Origin: an uncultured Candidatus Saccharibacteria bacterium
Lineage (GTDB): Bacteria; Patescibacteriota; Andersenbacteria; UBA10190
DNA length: 60,841 bases
Direction: 5' to 3'
NCBI GenBank assembly: GCA_964372635.1
Contig: CAYJQW010000006.1
Span: 1-60,841, forward strand
Position 1 is the stretch's first letter; every line of letters begins with the position of its first letter. This document shows, one piece after another, positions 8,639 to 18,102 of this stretch. The notes under the pieces were generated by a model. It had not been told where the DNA came from. It ran no database searches and saw only the letters and a program-made list of their open reading frames with translations. The position numbers were made by a program, and so were the translations under genes.

Positions 8639-8791
8639 ATTTTTAGATTAGTTGTATTTGCCACTGTTTGCCACCATTACGTCTATATTGTATACATGAC
8701 TATCATCTGCGTTCATAAACATGATTTTACTAGATATTTTCCGTCAATCTGGACAGTAGTGCCTAAGGTGCTGGCGCATTAGTATAAGGCT

Positions 8792-9736
8792 GTGTTAAAC
8801 AGACTAACAATTCAATTGGTTACTTGGAACAGCGCTGGCCATCTGCCGTCGGCACTACTTTCTATGGCTAATATACTTGACAAAAGTGTAGTTGTTCGAG
8901 TCATTGATAACGCTTCAAGTGATTCTTCGGTTTCATTGGTGCGATCACAGCTGCCGCAAGCTGACGTTATCACCTCAACTAAAAACTTAGGCTTCAGCGG
9001 GGGGCACAATCTTGGTTTTAAGTATTGCGAGACAGATCTAGTCATGGTAATAAATCCTGACTTTATCATAAATTGGCCGGGTGTTAAGAAACTAATTGAG
9101 GCATTTGCTGACTTAAAACTAGGTGCCGCTCAGGGAAAGATAATACGCGGGCTAAACAAAGTAGAAACAATAATTGATTCCGCTGGTATAGTGCTCTCCT
9201 TAACCCTAAATGGTATCGATCGTGGAGCGGGCCATCGTGACGTTGGGCAATATGAGTCCGAACAAAATGTTTCTGCTGTTACAGCCGCCGCCGCAATTTA
9301 TAGATTAGAGGCTTTAAAAGGCGTTGCATACGCTGGTGGCGAAGTTTATGACAATGATTTTTTTGCATACAAGGAGGATGTCGATCTTGGTTGGCGCCTC
9401 AACAAGGCTGGTTGGCATGTTCGCTACATACCGATAGATGTCGGGCTGCACACACGGGCACGAGCAAGTCAGGGTAGATTTGGCTGGAGTTTGCACCCCG
9501 TACTGTTTAAACAGCGCCTGAGTGATGAACGAACACGATATTCATTTAGAAATTGGCTTTGGATGCTAGCTAAGAATGCTACAATATGGCAGCTCGCTAC
9601 GCGGATAGTTTTTATCGGTCTTCGTTTAATTACCTTTATATTTATTACACTTCTCTACCCTCCGTTTATCGGAACATGGTTAGATACATTACGAGGTCTG
9701 CCTCGCATGTTAGCAAAACGTAAAAGCTTGAACTAA
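8792..9736 (+). CDS. glycosyltransferase family 2
   Basis: GTG start. QLVTWNSAG..VRVIDNASSDSS, VINPDFII, FFAYKEDVDLGWRL. C-terminal TM helices. Paralog of 2359..3267 and 9749..10555. Confidence 0.8.
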   Translation: MLNRLTIQLVTWNSAGHLPSALLSMANILDKSVVVRVIDNASSDSSVSLVRSQLPQADVITSTKNLGFSGGHNLGFKYCETDLVMVINPDFIINWPGVKKLIEAFADLKLGAAQGKIIRGLNKVETIIDSAGIVLSLTLNGIDRGAGHRDVGQYESEQNVSAVTAAAAIYRLEALKGVAYAGGEVYDNDFFAYKEDVDLGWRLNKAGWHVRYIPIDVGLHTRARASQGRFGWSLHPVLFKQRLSDERTRYSFRNWLWMLAKNATIWQLATRIVFIGLRLITFIFITLLYPPFIGTWLDTLRGLPRMLAKRKSLN

Positions 9737-9748
9737 GAGCGAACTTCT

Positions 9749-10555
9749 ATGAAACTATCAACGATTATTGTTAATTATAACAGTGGGGCGATGACAGCCG
9801 CCTGTATTGAGTCACTGGTGTCACAGCTGCCGACTGATCATGAAATTATTGTTGTTGATAATGCCTCACGCGATGATAGTGTGCCGTTTTTGCAGTCGGA
9901 TTTTCCAGAGGTAAAAGTTATTACGAATGACACTAATCGCGGATTTGGAGCGGCAGTCAATCAGGGGATAGCCGAATCAATCGGTGAATATTATCTTGTT
10001 TTGAATCCAGACATCATTGCCCTGCCCGGATCAATCAAAACTTTACTTTCATTTATGGATGCGCATCAAGATGTTGGCTTGTCGGGCGGGAAGCTACTTT
10101 ACCCGAACGGCAGGCTGCAATATTCCTGCTTCAGATTCTATACGCCTTGGACAGTGATCGCACGCCGAACATTTTTTGGCCGAACAAAGTTTGGTCAGCG
10201 TGAAATTAATCGCTTTTTAATGAAAGACACTGATCACACCTCAACACTAAATGTTGAATGGCTTATGGGTTCCTGCTTATGTCTAAGAGCTTCAGCCGTT
10301 GAAAGAGTTGGCAGGATGGATGAAAGATTTTTTCTTTATTTTGAAGACGTTGATTGGGCAAGACGTTTTTGGGAGAAAAACTGGCGAGTTGTCTATGTGC
10401 CAAAAGCCCATTTTTCTCATTTTTATCAACAAACTAGTCGGCGTAGTCCGCTGTTCGGTGTCCTCACAAACTGGGCAACCAGGGCACATATCAAATCGGC
10501 CATACAGTATTTTTGGAAATACAGAGGTAGATCTTTACCCCTCGTTACTAATTAG
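9749..10555 (+). CDS. glycosyltransferase family 2
   Basis: TIIVNYNSG..IIVVDNASRDDS, LVLNPDIIA, FFLYFEDVDWARRF. Confidence 0.85.
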   Translation: MKLSTIIVNYNSGAMTAACIESLVSQLPTDHEIIVVDNASRDDSVPFLQSDFPEVKVITNDTNRGFGAAVNQGIAESIGEYYLVLNPDIIALPGSIKTLLSFMDAHQDVGLSGGKLLYPNGRLQYSCFRFYTPWTVIARRTFFGRTKFGQREINRFLMKDTDHTSTLNVEWLMGSCLCLRASAVERVGRMDERFFLYFEDVDWARRFWEKNWRVVYVPKAHFSHFYQQTSRRSPLFGVLTNWATRAHIKSAIQYFWKYRGRSLPLVTN

Positions 10556-10581
10556 GACCTAGTCGAAATATTGTTTGTTTT

Positions 10582-11340
10582 ATGAATTTGCCATTGTCCG
10601 GTAGTGGCATACGATTACATAGTGCTATGGATACGCCGCTATTAAAATTGCCAACTGTTCAGATTGAAAATTGGGAAGGTCCGTTTGACCTTCTTCTCGA
10701 GCTTGCTCGCGCCGATAAAGTTGATATTAGTCAAGTTTATTTGGCACTGATCACAGACTCTTTCGTCCGACATGTCCGAACTCACGCGGTTAGTTCGGAT
10801 CTAGTGGCTGATTTTCTCGTTGTGGCCTCTACTCTTCTGCTGATAAAACTGCGGCATCTGTTACCGGCGATAGAACAGTCTGGAGAAGCCGACGAAGTAT
10901 TAGAGCTTACCGACCGAATCCGTATTTATCAGTTGTACCGACAACAAGCTCAGTATTGGCGGACCCGGTGGTGTGTTGTTACCTTATATCCTCGGGCAGT
11001 ACGCTTGCCAGTGCACAGAGAAATTACTTTTCCGCCGATGGTAGCCACTGATCTGTGTGTTCTAATGCACACTCTAATTCAAAGAATGAAAGAACCTCAG
11101 GATAAGCGGCGTCATTTGCGTCCCCGAGGACGCTCACTACAGGAGTGTTTACATCTTTTTCAAGAACGGCTAGAAGCTGTTGAAGAGCTGATATTTCATG
11201 AAGCGGTCGTTAATCAGGACGCAGCTACCATAGCCGTTTCATTTTTAGCTGTTCTTGAGCTAGTGCGGCGGCAAAAACTGCTGATTAAGCAGTCAGAAAG
11301 CTTTGGACCATTAGTGCTTCGTGGTCGACCAGCCGTCTAG
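10582..11340 (+). CDS. scpA: segregation and condensation protein A
   Basis: WEGPFDLLLELARADKVDISQV matches the N-terminal kleisin motif. Located immediately upstream of scpB. The start could instead be Met16 (10627). Confidence 0.8.
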   Translation: MNLPLSGSGIRLHSAMDTPLLKLPTVQIENWEGPFDLLLELARADKVDISQVYLALITDSFVRHVRTHAVSSDLVADFLVVASTLLLIKLRHLLPAIEQSGEADEVLELTDRIRIYQLYRQQAQYWRTRWCVVTLYPRAVRLPVHREITFPPMVATDLCVLMHTLIQRMKEPQDKRRHLRPRGRSLQECLHLFQERLEAVEELIFHEAVVNQDAATIAVSFLAVLELVRRQKLLIKQSESFGPLVLRGRPAV

Positions 11341-11349
11341 TTATTCATT

Positions 11350-11874
11350 ATGAGTCCCCAGGCACAAAAAATCGAAGCGCTGTTGTTTCTGGCCGGTGAA
11401 GCCGTAGAGAGGTCTGAATTGGTTCGCCTGATCGAATGTACTCCGGACGAGCTTCAGTTGTATTTAACTGAACTGATCGCTAGTTTCGCGGCACACGGAC
11501 TAACTATTATTGAGACAAAGACGCACCTCCAACTGGTCACTGCTGCCAATGTTGCCTCGTTTTTAGCCTCTTACGGAAAGGATGAAATACAGGAATTATC
11601 AGGAGCGGCTGCCGAAACTCTCTCTCTTGTTGCCTATCGTGGGCCAATTTCACGCGCAGAAATCGAACTAATTCGTGGTGTTGACTCGCGGCGCATTATT
11701 CGTCAACTGCAATCTCGTGGCTTGGTTCGAAAACTGAGTGAAAATGAACACACGCCTCACTATGTAGTCAGTGAAGAATTCTTGCAGAATCTTGGTCTTA
11801 CCAAGGTGACCGAATTACCTGACTTCGAAATTCTGTCTAAGCATGAAACAGTTACTGCTTTTCTTGAACCGTAA
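11350..11874 (+). CDS. scpB: segregation and condensation protein B
   Basis: EALLFLAGEAV start, tandem winged-helix layout (AAETLSLVAYRGPISRAEIELIRGV), 174 aa. Confidence 0.85.
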   Translation: MSPQAQKIEALLFLAGEAVERSELVRLIECTPDELQLYLTELIASFAAHGLTIIETKTHLQLVTAANVASFLASYGKDEIQELSGAAAETLSLVAYRGPISRAEIELIRGVDSRRIIRQLQSRGLVRKLSENEHTPHYVVSEEFLQNLGLTKVTELPDFEILSKHETVTAFLEP

Positions 11875-11880
11875 TGATTT

Positions 11881-12777
11881 ATGACTCTTCTTCACGCGAT
11901 ATTTATCTCACTCAGTTGTTGGCTAACTTCAGCTCCAGCAGACGCTAAATGTCCAGATATTGAATCTAATGTCCAGGTGACAGTGGCAGACAAGCAAGCA
12001 TCTGTTTTACCTCGCCTAACAGGTGAATCAATTGATGTCGTCTTAACAGCTAAAGCGGCCTTAGTCTGGGATATAAACAGCGGCCAGGTGCTATATGAAC
12101 GTATGCCAAATGAGCGCCGGCCAATAGCGAGCCTGAGTAAATTACTAACGGCTTTAGTTGTAGTTAGTGAATTGCCGGCTGAAAAAGTAGTACCCATTAC
12201 TTCTTCAGTTATTCAAACACAGCGTCTTGGTGCCGATATACAACTGCCGATCGGCCACATGGTTGGTGTCGACGATCTGCTGGCGGCTGGATTAATTGCT
12301 TCTGCGAACGATGCAATGGTAGCCTTGGCCGAAGCCGTAGCTGGCACTGAAGATAAATTTGTTAGTCTGGCTAACAAGTATGCATTAAATAATGGCCTAT
12401 TTGATACAAAAGTAGCCAATGCGACGGGCCTGTCGGGAGCTGAGCAATATTCAACTGCTCGTGATGTGCAAAAAATGATGTTGTTAGTGGTTAATGAACC
12501 ACGACTTGGCAAATATTTAGCACAATCCAAAGGTGTTTTGATAACCAAAGAAGGAGCACAGCGCTCATATGTATCGACAAATGAATTGTTGAAAACCTAT
12601 GTTCCGATTATTGCGGCCAAGACCGGCTATACTCGTGAAGCTGGGGAGAATTTGGTTATTATTACACGTGGTGTAAACGGTCAGTATATCGGAGCAGTTA
12701 TCCTGGAAAGTCAGGCGCGTTTCCAGGATATGAAAGTGCTGGTCGAGTGGATCTGGCGCAACTATACTTGGCAGTAG
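11881..12777 (+). CDS. D-alanyl-D-alanine carboxypeptidase (peptidase S11, low-MW PBP)
   Basis: N-terminal signal-like segment plus the three PBP boxes: SLSK (SxxK), SAND (SxN), KTGYT (KTG). Confidence 0.8.
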   Translation: MTLLHAIFISLSCWLTSAPADAKCPDIESNVQVTVADKQASVLPRLTGESIDVVLTAKAALVWDINSGQVLYERMPNERRPIASLSKLLTALVVVSELPAEKVVPITSSVIQTQRLGADIQLPIGHMVGVDDLLAAGLIASANDAMVALAEAVAGTEDKFVSLANKYALNNGLFDTKVANATGLSGAEQYSTARDVQKMMLLVVNEPRLGKYLAQSKGVLITKEGAQRSYVSTNELLKTYVPIIAAKTGYTREAGENLVIITRGVNGQYIGAVILESQARFQDMKVLVEWIWRNYTWQ

Positions 12778-12782
12778 CCTCT

Positions 12783-13862
12783 ATGTATGGTTTTTTTGAA
12801 AATCCGGAACAGGTTATTGCGGTAACCCGTGTTCTTGGTATGGCAATTTTAACTTTCATTGTCGCTTTTAGCTTGACTCCCGTTTTAACGCATTATCTTT
12901 ATAAGTATCGCTTTGGAAAAAGCATTCGTAATACAGGCGCCACGCCAATTTATTCCAAACTACATGCTCGCAAAGCTGGCACGCCAGTTGGTGGGGGCAT
13001 CATAGTTTGGGGCAGTGTCACGCTATTAGCCGGGCTATTTTGGGTAATGTCAGTTTTAATTCCATCTCAAGTGACGTTAACCCTAAATTTTTTAACTCGT
13101 CCGCAGACACTTTTGCCATTAGGTGCGCTCATAGCTTCGGCTATTGTCGGCTTCGTCGACGATTACCTAAATGTGAGAAAAATTGGTCCCTCCGGTGGGG
13201 GCTTACATATAGGTCAAAGGCTAATACTTTATACAATAGTTGCAGCTTTTGGTGCTTATTGGTTTTATTACAAACTTGAGTGGAGTATTATTCATGTTCC
13301 TAGTGTCGGTGACTTTGAAATTGGCTGGTGGTATATTCCCCTCTTTATGTTTGTCATCGTTGCGACAGCGTTTTCAGTCAACGAAGCAGACGGCCTCGAC
13401 GGCTTGGCCGGCGGTATGTTGCTCTTTAGTTATTCGGCTTTTACCGCCTTAGCTTTTAGCATTGGCCGGATTGAATTGGCCATGTTCTGTGCTGCTCTTG
13501 TCGGTGGGCTACTGGCTTTTTTATGGTTTAATGTACCCCCAGCTCGGTTTTTTTTGGGTGATACCGGGGCGATGAGCCTCGGTACAACCCTGGGTATCAT
13601 TGCCATGCTGACCAATTCAGCTTTAGTTCTGCCGATTATTGCTTTTCCTCTGGTTCTTGAATCATCGTCAGTTATTGTGCAAGTGCTATCAAAAAAGATT
13701 TTTGGACGAAAGGTATTTTTATCTGCACCAATCCACCACCATTTTGAAGCTATTGGTTGGCCAGAAGCAAAAGTAACAATGCGTTTTTGGATTATTTCAG
13801 CAGTTTTTGCCGGCATCGGACTTGTCATAGGATTAATTGGTCGTGGTAATACGTTATTATAA
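12783..13862 (+). CDS. mraY: phospho-N-acetylmuramoyl-pentapeptide transferase
   Basis: Polytopic protein with MraY motifs (VGFVDDYLNV, NEADGLDGLAGG, FLGDTGAMSLG, HHHFE). I chose the ATG at 12783 (Met13 of the track ORF), 5 nt after the upstream stop. Confidence 0.9.
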   Translation: MYGFFENPEQVIAVTRVLGMAILTFIVAFSLTPVLTHYLYKYRFGKSIRNTGATPIYSKLHARKAGTPVGGGIIVWGSVTLLAGLFWVMSVLIPSQVTLTLNFLTRPQTLLPLGALIASAIVGFVDDYLNVRKIGPSGGGLHIGQRLILYTIVAAFGAYWFYYKLEWSIIHVPSVGDFEIGWWYIPLFMFVIVATAFSVNEADGLDGLAGGMLLFSYSAFTALAFSIGRIELAMFCAALVGGLLAFLWFNVPPARFFLGDTGAMSLGTTLGIIAMLTNSALVLPIIAFPLVLESSSVIVQVLSKKIFGRKVFLSAPIHHHFEAIGWPEAKVTMRFWIISAVFAGIGLVIGLIGRGNTLL

Positions 13863-13889
13863 TAAAACTGCAAGCAGCCGTATTTCTTC

Positions 13890-13898
13890 TGGTACAAT
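13890..13898 (+). promoter_or_regulatory. extended -10 element TGGTACAAT
   Basis: The nonamer TGGTACAAT lies 28 nt after the mraY stop. The identical nonamer recurs at 16729 and 32265, also just downstream of stop codons. Confidence 0.4.
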
Positions 13899-14193
13899 TT
13901 AACTTAATTGGCCGAAAACCACCGCATAAGACCATGGGACCCATAAGAGCTAACGACAAATGTTAACGGCCATTGACTAAATGGTGTTTTACAACTCTTG
14001 CTTTTCGCCCATACTTTCATAAGGTGGTAATATCGTGGTCGCTTGAAGCTGGGAAAAAACTACTATTACAGCAGCACCATCTTAAATAAAGCTTCAAGAA
14101 ACAAAAAAGTTAGGATAGCAACATAATAAAAAATCATAATCAACATGTGAAACAAATGCGGCACAGTTGGTTATAGTTTTTAGATGTAAATTA

Positions 14194-15597
14194 ATGAATA
14201 CAAACCTACATGGCAAAAGAGTTGTGGTGATGGGGCTGGGTGTTCATGGCGGCGCAGCAGGTAACATAAGATGGTTGCACAACCAAGGAGCGCGTTTGAT
14301 TGTAACGGATATCAAAACAAAAGATCAGCTTAAAGAAACCCTTGGAAAATTAAACGATTTATCAGATATAGAGTGGGTTTTAGGACAGCATCGTGACGGA
14401 GATTTTATTCAGGCTGATATGGTCTTGCGTAACCCAGCAATTCCACGCGACTCTCAGTATCTAAAACTGGCTCGGTCGCATGATATCCCCATCGAAATGG
14501 ATTCAAGTCTTTTTTTCAAATATTCTCCGACGGAAAATATTATTGGCGTTACAGGATCAAAGGGTAAAACCACAACAACTCACATTTTAGCCCATTTCCT
14601 CAGCCTAAAATTTGGCCAGGTTGTGCCCATTGGCGTTGAAGGAAGTTCACCTCTAGCGGCTCTGACAAAGCTGCGTTCAGACAGCCTAGTAGTATTCGAG
14701 TTATCGAGTTGGCGTTTAGAAGGCCTCGAGGAATATAAAATAAGTCCGCATACCGCTGTTGTTACAAGTTTATATAGTGACCACCTCAATACATATAAAT
14801 CGTTTGAAGAATATGAATGGACCAAGCAAGCGATCGTGCGCCATCAGCGCGTGACGGATAGAACGCTACTTAATTATGATGATGTTCGCGTGCGTGCTTG
14901 GGCCAATGTTATTCCAGGACGAGTCTTCTGGTTTTCTTTGGGTAATAAATTACCGGGTCCAGGGATTTGCATCGATCGAGGAGTCATCACGATTGAAACA
15001 GATAGCCCAATATCAGGACGGTTACGCTTGTTTGCAGTCAATGCATTGCGCCTGAGCAGCGACCATGCAGTCCGCAATGCCTTACCTGGTATTTATCTAG
15101 CTTGGAGCAACGGTGTTCGGCCAGAAACACTACGTATGCATGCCGGTAATATTGAAGTTCTGCAACATCGCTTAGAACGTATTGCCGTCAAAGATGATGT
15201 TACCTACATTAATGATTCGGCGGCGACTATTCCGGATGCCACCATCGCTGCCTTACGCTCTATCGATCGTCGACATATGGTTTTAATACTTGGCGGCAGT
15301 GATAAAAGATTAAAGTTTGATGAACTAGCTGAAATACTGCCGCACATGCGCATTCGAGGCATTGTTTTTCTACCGGGTACAGCTACAAATTTAATGCGTA
15401 TGGAAATAGAGGCACGATATCGCATCAGTCCAAGAATTGAGGTAGCTTCATCTATGATTGAAGCAGTTCAAATTGCACATCGCTTGGCTCATGAACATGA
15501 CGTCGTCTTACTTTCACCTGGGGCGACAAGCTTTGGAATCTTTCAACACGAATTTGATCGAGGAGAACAATTTCGACAAGCGGTGCGAGCACTGTAA
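14194..15597 (+). CDS. murD: UDP-N-acetylmuramoylalanine--D-glutamate ligase
   Basis: Rossmann-like N-terminus (KRVVVMGLGVHG), P-loop GVTGSKGKTTT, and position between mraY and ftsW. Start chosen at MNTNLHGK (14194). Confidence 0.85.
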   Translation: MNTNLHGKRVVVMGLGVHGGAAGNIRWLHNQGARLIVTDIKTKDQLKETLGKLNDLSDIEWVLGQHRDGDFIQADMVLRNPAIPRDSQYLKLARSHDIPIEMDSSLFFKYSPTENIIGVTGSKGKTTTTHILAHFLSLKFGQVVPIGVEGSSPLAALTKLRSDSLVVFELSSWRLEGLEEYKISPHTAVVTSLYSDHLNTYKSFEEYEWTKQAIVRHQRVTDRTLLNYDDVRVRAWANVIPGRVFWFSLGNKLPGPGICIDRGVITIETDSPISGRLRLFAVNALRLSSDHAVRNALPGIYLAWSNGVRPETLRMHAGNIEVLQHRLERIAVKDDVTYINDSAATIPDATIAALRSIDRRHMVLILGGSDKRLKFDELAEILPHMRIRGIVFLPGTATNLMRMEIEARYRISPRIEVASSMIEAVQIAHRLAHEHDVVLLSPGATSFGIFQHEFDRGEQFRQAVRAL

Positions 15598-15608
15598 GAT
15601 TAGAATAT

Positions 15609-16721
15609 ATGGTGGCACGTAAACCAGCCGGTCGGGTGGACCCTGTTTTGTTATTGATTATTATAGGCTTAACTCTCTTTGGGCTGATTATGGTTACTTC
15701 AGCATCAGCAGTGGTCGCTGAAAAATTTCGCGGTGATACTTTCTTTTTTCTCAAACATCAACTTTATTATGGGGGCACCGTCGGTTTATTTGCGTTTGTG
15801 GCAGCTGTATTTGTACCGTATCGCAATTGGCGTTTGCTCGCCTTACCAGGTCTACTTCTCTCGGTCGTACTGCTGATATTGGTCTTCATCCCTGGGCTAG
15901 CGGTCACGTCCGCTGGGGCTAGCCGATGGATCGGTCTTGGACCCATTACTGTTCAACCAACTGAAATCGTCAAGTTGGCCTTTATTCTGTATTTAGCCGC
16001 ACTTTTCGAGGTTAAAGGCACTGACATTCGAAGCTTTTCAAAAAGCGTTATACCGTTTCTGATTATCATGTCGGTCATTTGCGCTTTAATCGTTCTTCAA
16101 CCAGATGTTGGCACTTTAATGAGTATTATCATAATTGCAGCAGCTATGATATTTGCCGGAGGTTTTCGGTTGTTGCACATTGCGGGATTGGGTCTGGCCG
16201 GAGTCGCCTTTTTTCTCATCCTGGTCAATACTGCTACTTATCGATTAAACCGCATTATTACTTACCTGCATCCTGAACTTGACCCCCAGGGAGTAGGGTA
16301 TCAAATAAATCAAGCCCTACTCGCCGTTGGCAGCGGTGGATTGTGGGGACTTGGCTTCGGCCGAAGCCGGCAAAAATATCAATTTTTACCTGAGCCGGCA
16401 GGAGACTCAATTTTTGCAATCATGGCAGAAGAACTTGGTTTGATCCGCATAATTTTAGTATTGATCGCCTTTGCAATCATTGCCTGGCGAGGCTTCGCTA
16501 TCGCCCAAAGAGCCCCGGATATTTTTGGACGCCTGCTCGCCGTCGGAATAACAACCTGGATTACCAGCCAAACATTCATTAATGCAGGATCGATCCTGGC
16601 CATTACACCACTAACAGGTATTCCTTTGCCTTTTATCAGTTATGGTGGCTCATCTCTTGTCATGATGTTACTAGCAGCAGGTATACTACTGAATATTTCT
16701 CGTTACACACATGTTTCATGA
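15609..16721 (+). CDS. ftsW: SEDS-family peptidoglycan glycosyltransferase FtsW
   Basis: 370-aa, 10-TM SEDS protein (QPTEIVKLAFILYLA, LPEPAGDSIFA, PLTGIPLPFISYGGSS). Called FtsW from murD-ftsW-murG synteny. Confidence 0.85.
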   Translation: MVARKPAGRVDPVLLLIIIGLTLFGLIMVTSASAVVAEKFRGDTFFFLKHQLYYGGTVGLFAFVAAVFVPYRNWRLLALPGLLLSVVLLILVFIPGLAVTSAGASRWIGLGPITVQPTEIVKLAFILYLAALFEVKGTDIRSFSKSVIPFLIIMSVICALIVLQPDVGTLMSIIIIAAAMIFAGGFRLLHIAGLGLAGVAFFLILVNTATYRLNRIITYLHPELDPQGVGYQINQALLAVGSGGLWGLGFGRSRQKYQFLPEPAGDSIFAIMAEELGLIRIILVLIAFAIIAWRGFAIAQRAPDIFGRLLAVGITTWITSQTFINAGSILAITPLTGIPLPFISYGGSSLVMMLLAAGILLNISRYTHVS

Positions 16722-16728
16722 AATACAC

Positions 16729-16737
16729 TGGTACAAT
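16729..16737 (+). promoter_or_regulatory. extended -10 element TGGTACAAT upstream of murG
   Basis: TGGTACAAT begins 8 nt after the ftsW stop and ends 36 nt before the murG ATG. Confidence 0.4.
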
Positions 16738-16773
16738 TATCTAATATCTAGAGCAATGATAACCTAGAAATTT

Positions 16774-17958
16774 ATGCGCATTGTTTTTACGGGTGGGGGT
16801 TCAGGCGGACATTTAATTCCTTTTGCTCCGATAATTGAGACGCTAAGAGTTACTCATCTCGAGCAGCGCACAGGTTTGCCGAAAAGACTAGATCCAAATG
16901 AACTACAACTTTACTTTGTAGGTGTAGCTGATAAGCGAGCACGCGAACTATTTGCTCAGTTAGCGGTACCCGTTTTTGCAATACCTTCAGGTAAATTGAG
17001 AAGCTATCCATCAAGCCAAAACATTATTGATATTATTTTCCGTTTGCCCGTAGGAGTAATTATGGCCATTGTTATTCTCTGGCGTCTCATGCCGGATGTT
17101 GTCGTTAGTAAAGGTGGCTATGGCAGCGTACCGGTAATTTTGTCTGCTTTTCTATTTCGCATACCGATTCTAATGCATGACTCCGATACGGTACCCGGGT
17201 CGGTAACCAGGCACTTGGCCAGATTTGCTTCGACCATCGCGCTTAGCTTTGATGAAGCTCGGGAGCAACTTTTGGCCCAAGCTTCTAAGACAGTTGTTAC
17301 CGGCACGCCGGTTCGATCAGATTTTGGTAGAATGTCTCAGCTGGAAGCAAAACAAAGGCTCAATTTATCCCCTGACGACTTGGCGGTTGTAATCCTCGGT
17401 GGTAGCCAGGGGGCTCGTCAGATTAATGAACTAATATTAAAAATTCTGCCACGCCTTGTTATGGATGCATCAATACTTCACATTACTGGTGAGCGAGAAT
17501 ATTCAGCCGTTGAGTCGCTGGCTAGAAAAATGTTAGAGACTTCTAGTTACAAACAGCGCTACCACGCATTGCCTTATGTATCGACTGATATAGAAACAAT
17601 CTTAAATGCAGCCGATGTTGTCGTATCACGTGCCGGCGCCACTGTGCTGGCAGAGTTGGCCCGTCTTGGTCGGGCAGCACTCTTAATACCGCTGCCAGCC
17701 GATGTTAGCACTCATCAGCGCTCGAATGCTGCCGTCTTTGAAAAATCTGGCGCCGCTCGAGTACTCGATCCCGAAAATCTTGGAGTTAATTTATTTGAAC
17801 AGAGTATAAAGGAATTAGTGATGAATTCTGATCTACGACATGAATTTGCCGTTAGAATTAAATCATTTGATCGACCGCGCGCCGCTCGCGATATCAGCAA
17901 TTTGGTTTACTCATTAGCCAAGGGAAACGTTCCCATTTACGCACAAACGGCGAGTTGA
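16774..17958 (+). CDS. murG: undecaprenyldiphospho-muramoylpentapeptide beta-N-acetylglucosaminyltransferase
   Basis: GGGSGGHLIPF N-terminal G-loop, GGSQGA, SRAGATVLAEL. dcw context. Confidence 0.9.
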   Translation: MRIVFTGGGSGGHLIPFAPIIETLRVTHLEQRTGLPKRLDPNELQLYFVGVADKRARELFAQLAVPVFAIPSGKLRSYPSSQNIIDIIFRLPVGVIMAIVILWRLMPDVVVSKGGYGSVPVILSAFLFRIPILMHDSDTVPGSVTRHLARFASTIALSFDEAREQLLAQASKTVVTGTPVRSDFGRMSQLEAKQRLNLSPDDLAVVILGGSQGARQINELILKILPRLVMDASILHITGEREYSAVESLARKMLETSSYKQRYHALPYVSTDIETILNAADVVVSRAGATVLAELARLGRAALLIPLPADVSTHQRSNAAVFEKSGAARVLDPENLGVNLFEQSIKELVMNSDLRHEFAVRIKSFDRPRAARDISNLVYSLAKGNVPIYAQTAS

Positions 17959-17970
17959 ACTCGCTTTTTT
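17950..17970 (+). terminator. rho-independent terminator overlapping the murG stop
   Basis: Stem GCGAGT/ACTCGC; the loop is the TGA stop itself; followed by TTTTTT. Confidence 0.7.
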
Positions 17971-18102
17971 ATGAGACCAATCTTATATACGAATTTACGG
18001 CAAAGCGTAGTATGGTCTAATGTCTGCCATATTTCTCGAATTCATCAGTGAAAATCTGTCGGTGTGAAACCGGGTCTGTTAAAAAAAGATCTGCAATAAC
18101 AT

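Noticed and set aside
13430-13897. 155-aa minus-strand ORF antisense to the 3' end of mraY
   Set aside because: It lies almost entirely inside the well-supported mraY frame. It has no recognisable motifs, and its composition (Pro/Lys/Ala-rich) is typical of an antisense shadow ORF.
14066-14146. 26-aa hydrophobic mini-ORF (MLIMIFYYVAILTFLFLEALFKMVLL) on the minus strand of the mraY-murD spacer, plus a neighbouring 37-aa minus-strand ORF
   Set aside because: It has no SD and only a weak promoter. Peptides this short arise easily in AT-rich DNA. It cannot be supported without conservation or expression data. The spacer itself is reported as a finding.
17956-17958. Possibility of UGA recoding (as in some candidate phyla)
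   Set aside because: TGA stops coincide with conserved protein C-termini (murG, mreB-1, secF, proS) and with terminators or coupled ATGA starts. No conserved gene needs read-through, so the standard code 11 fits.
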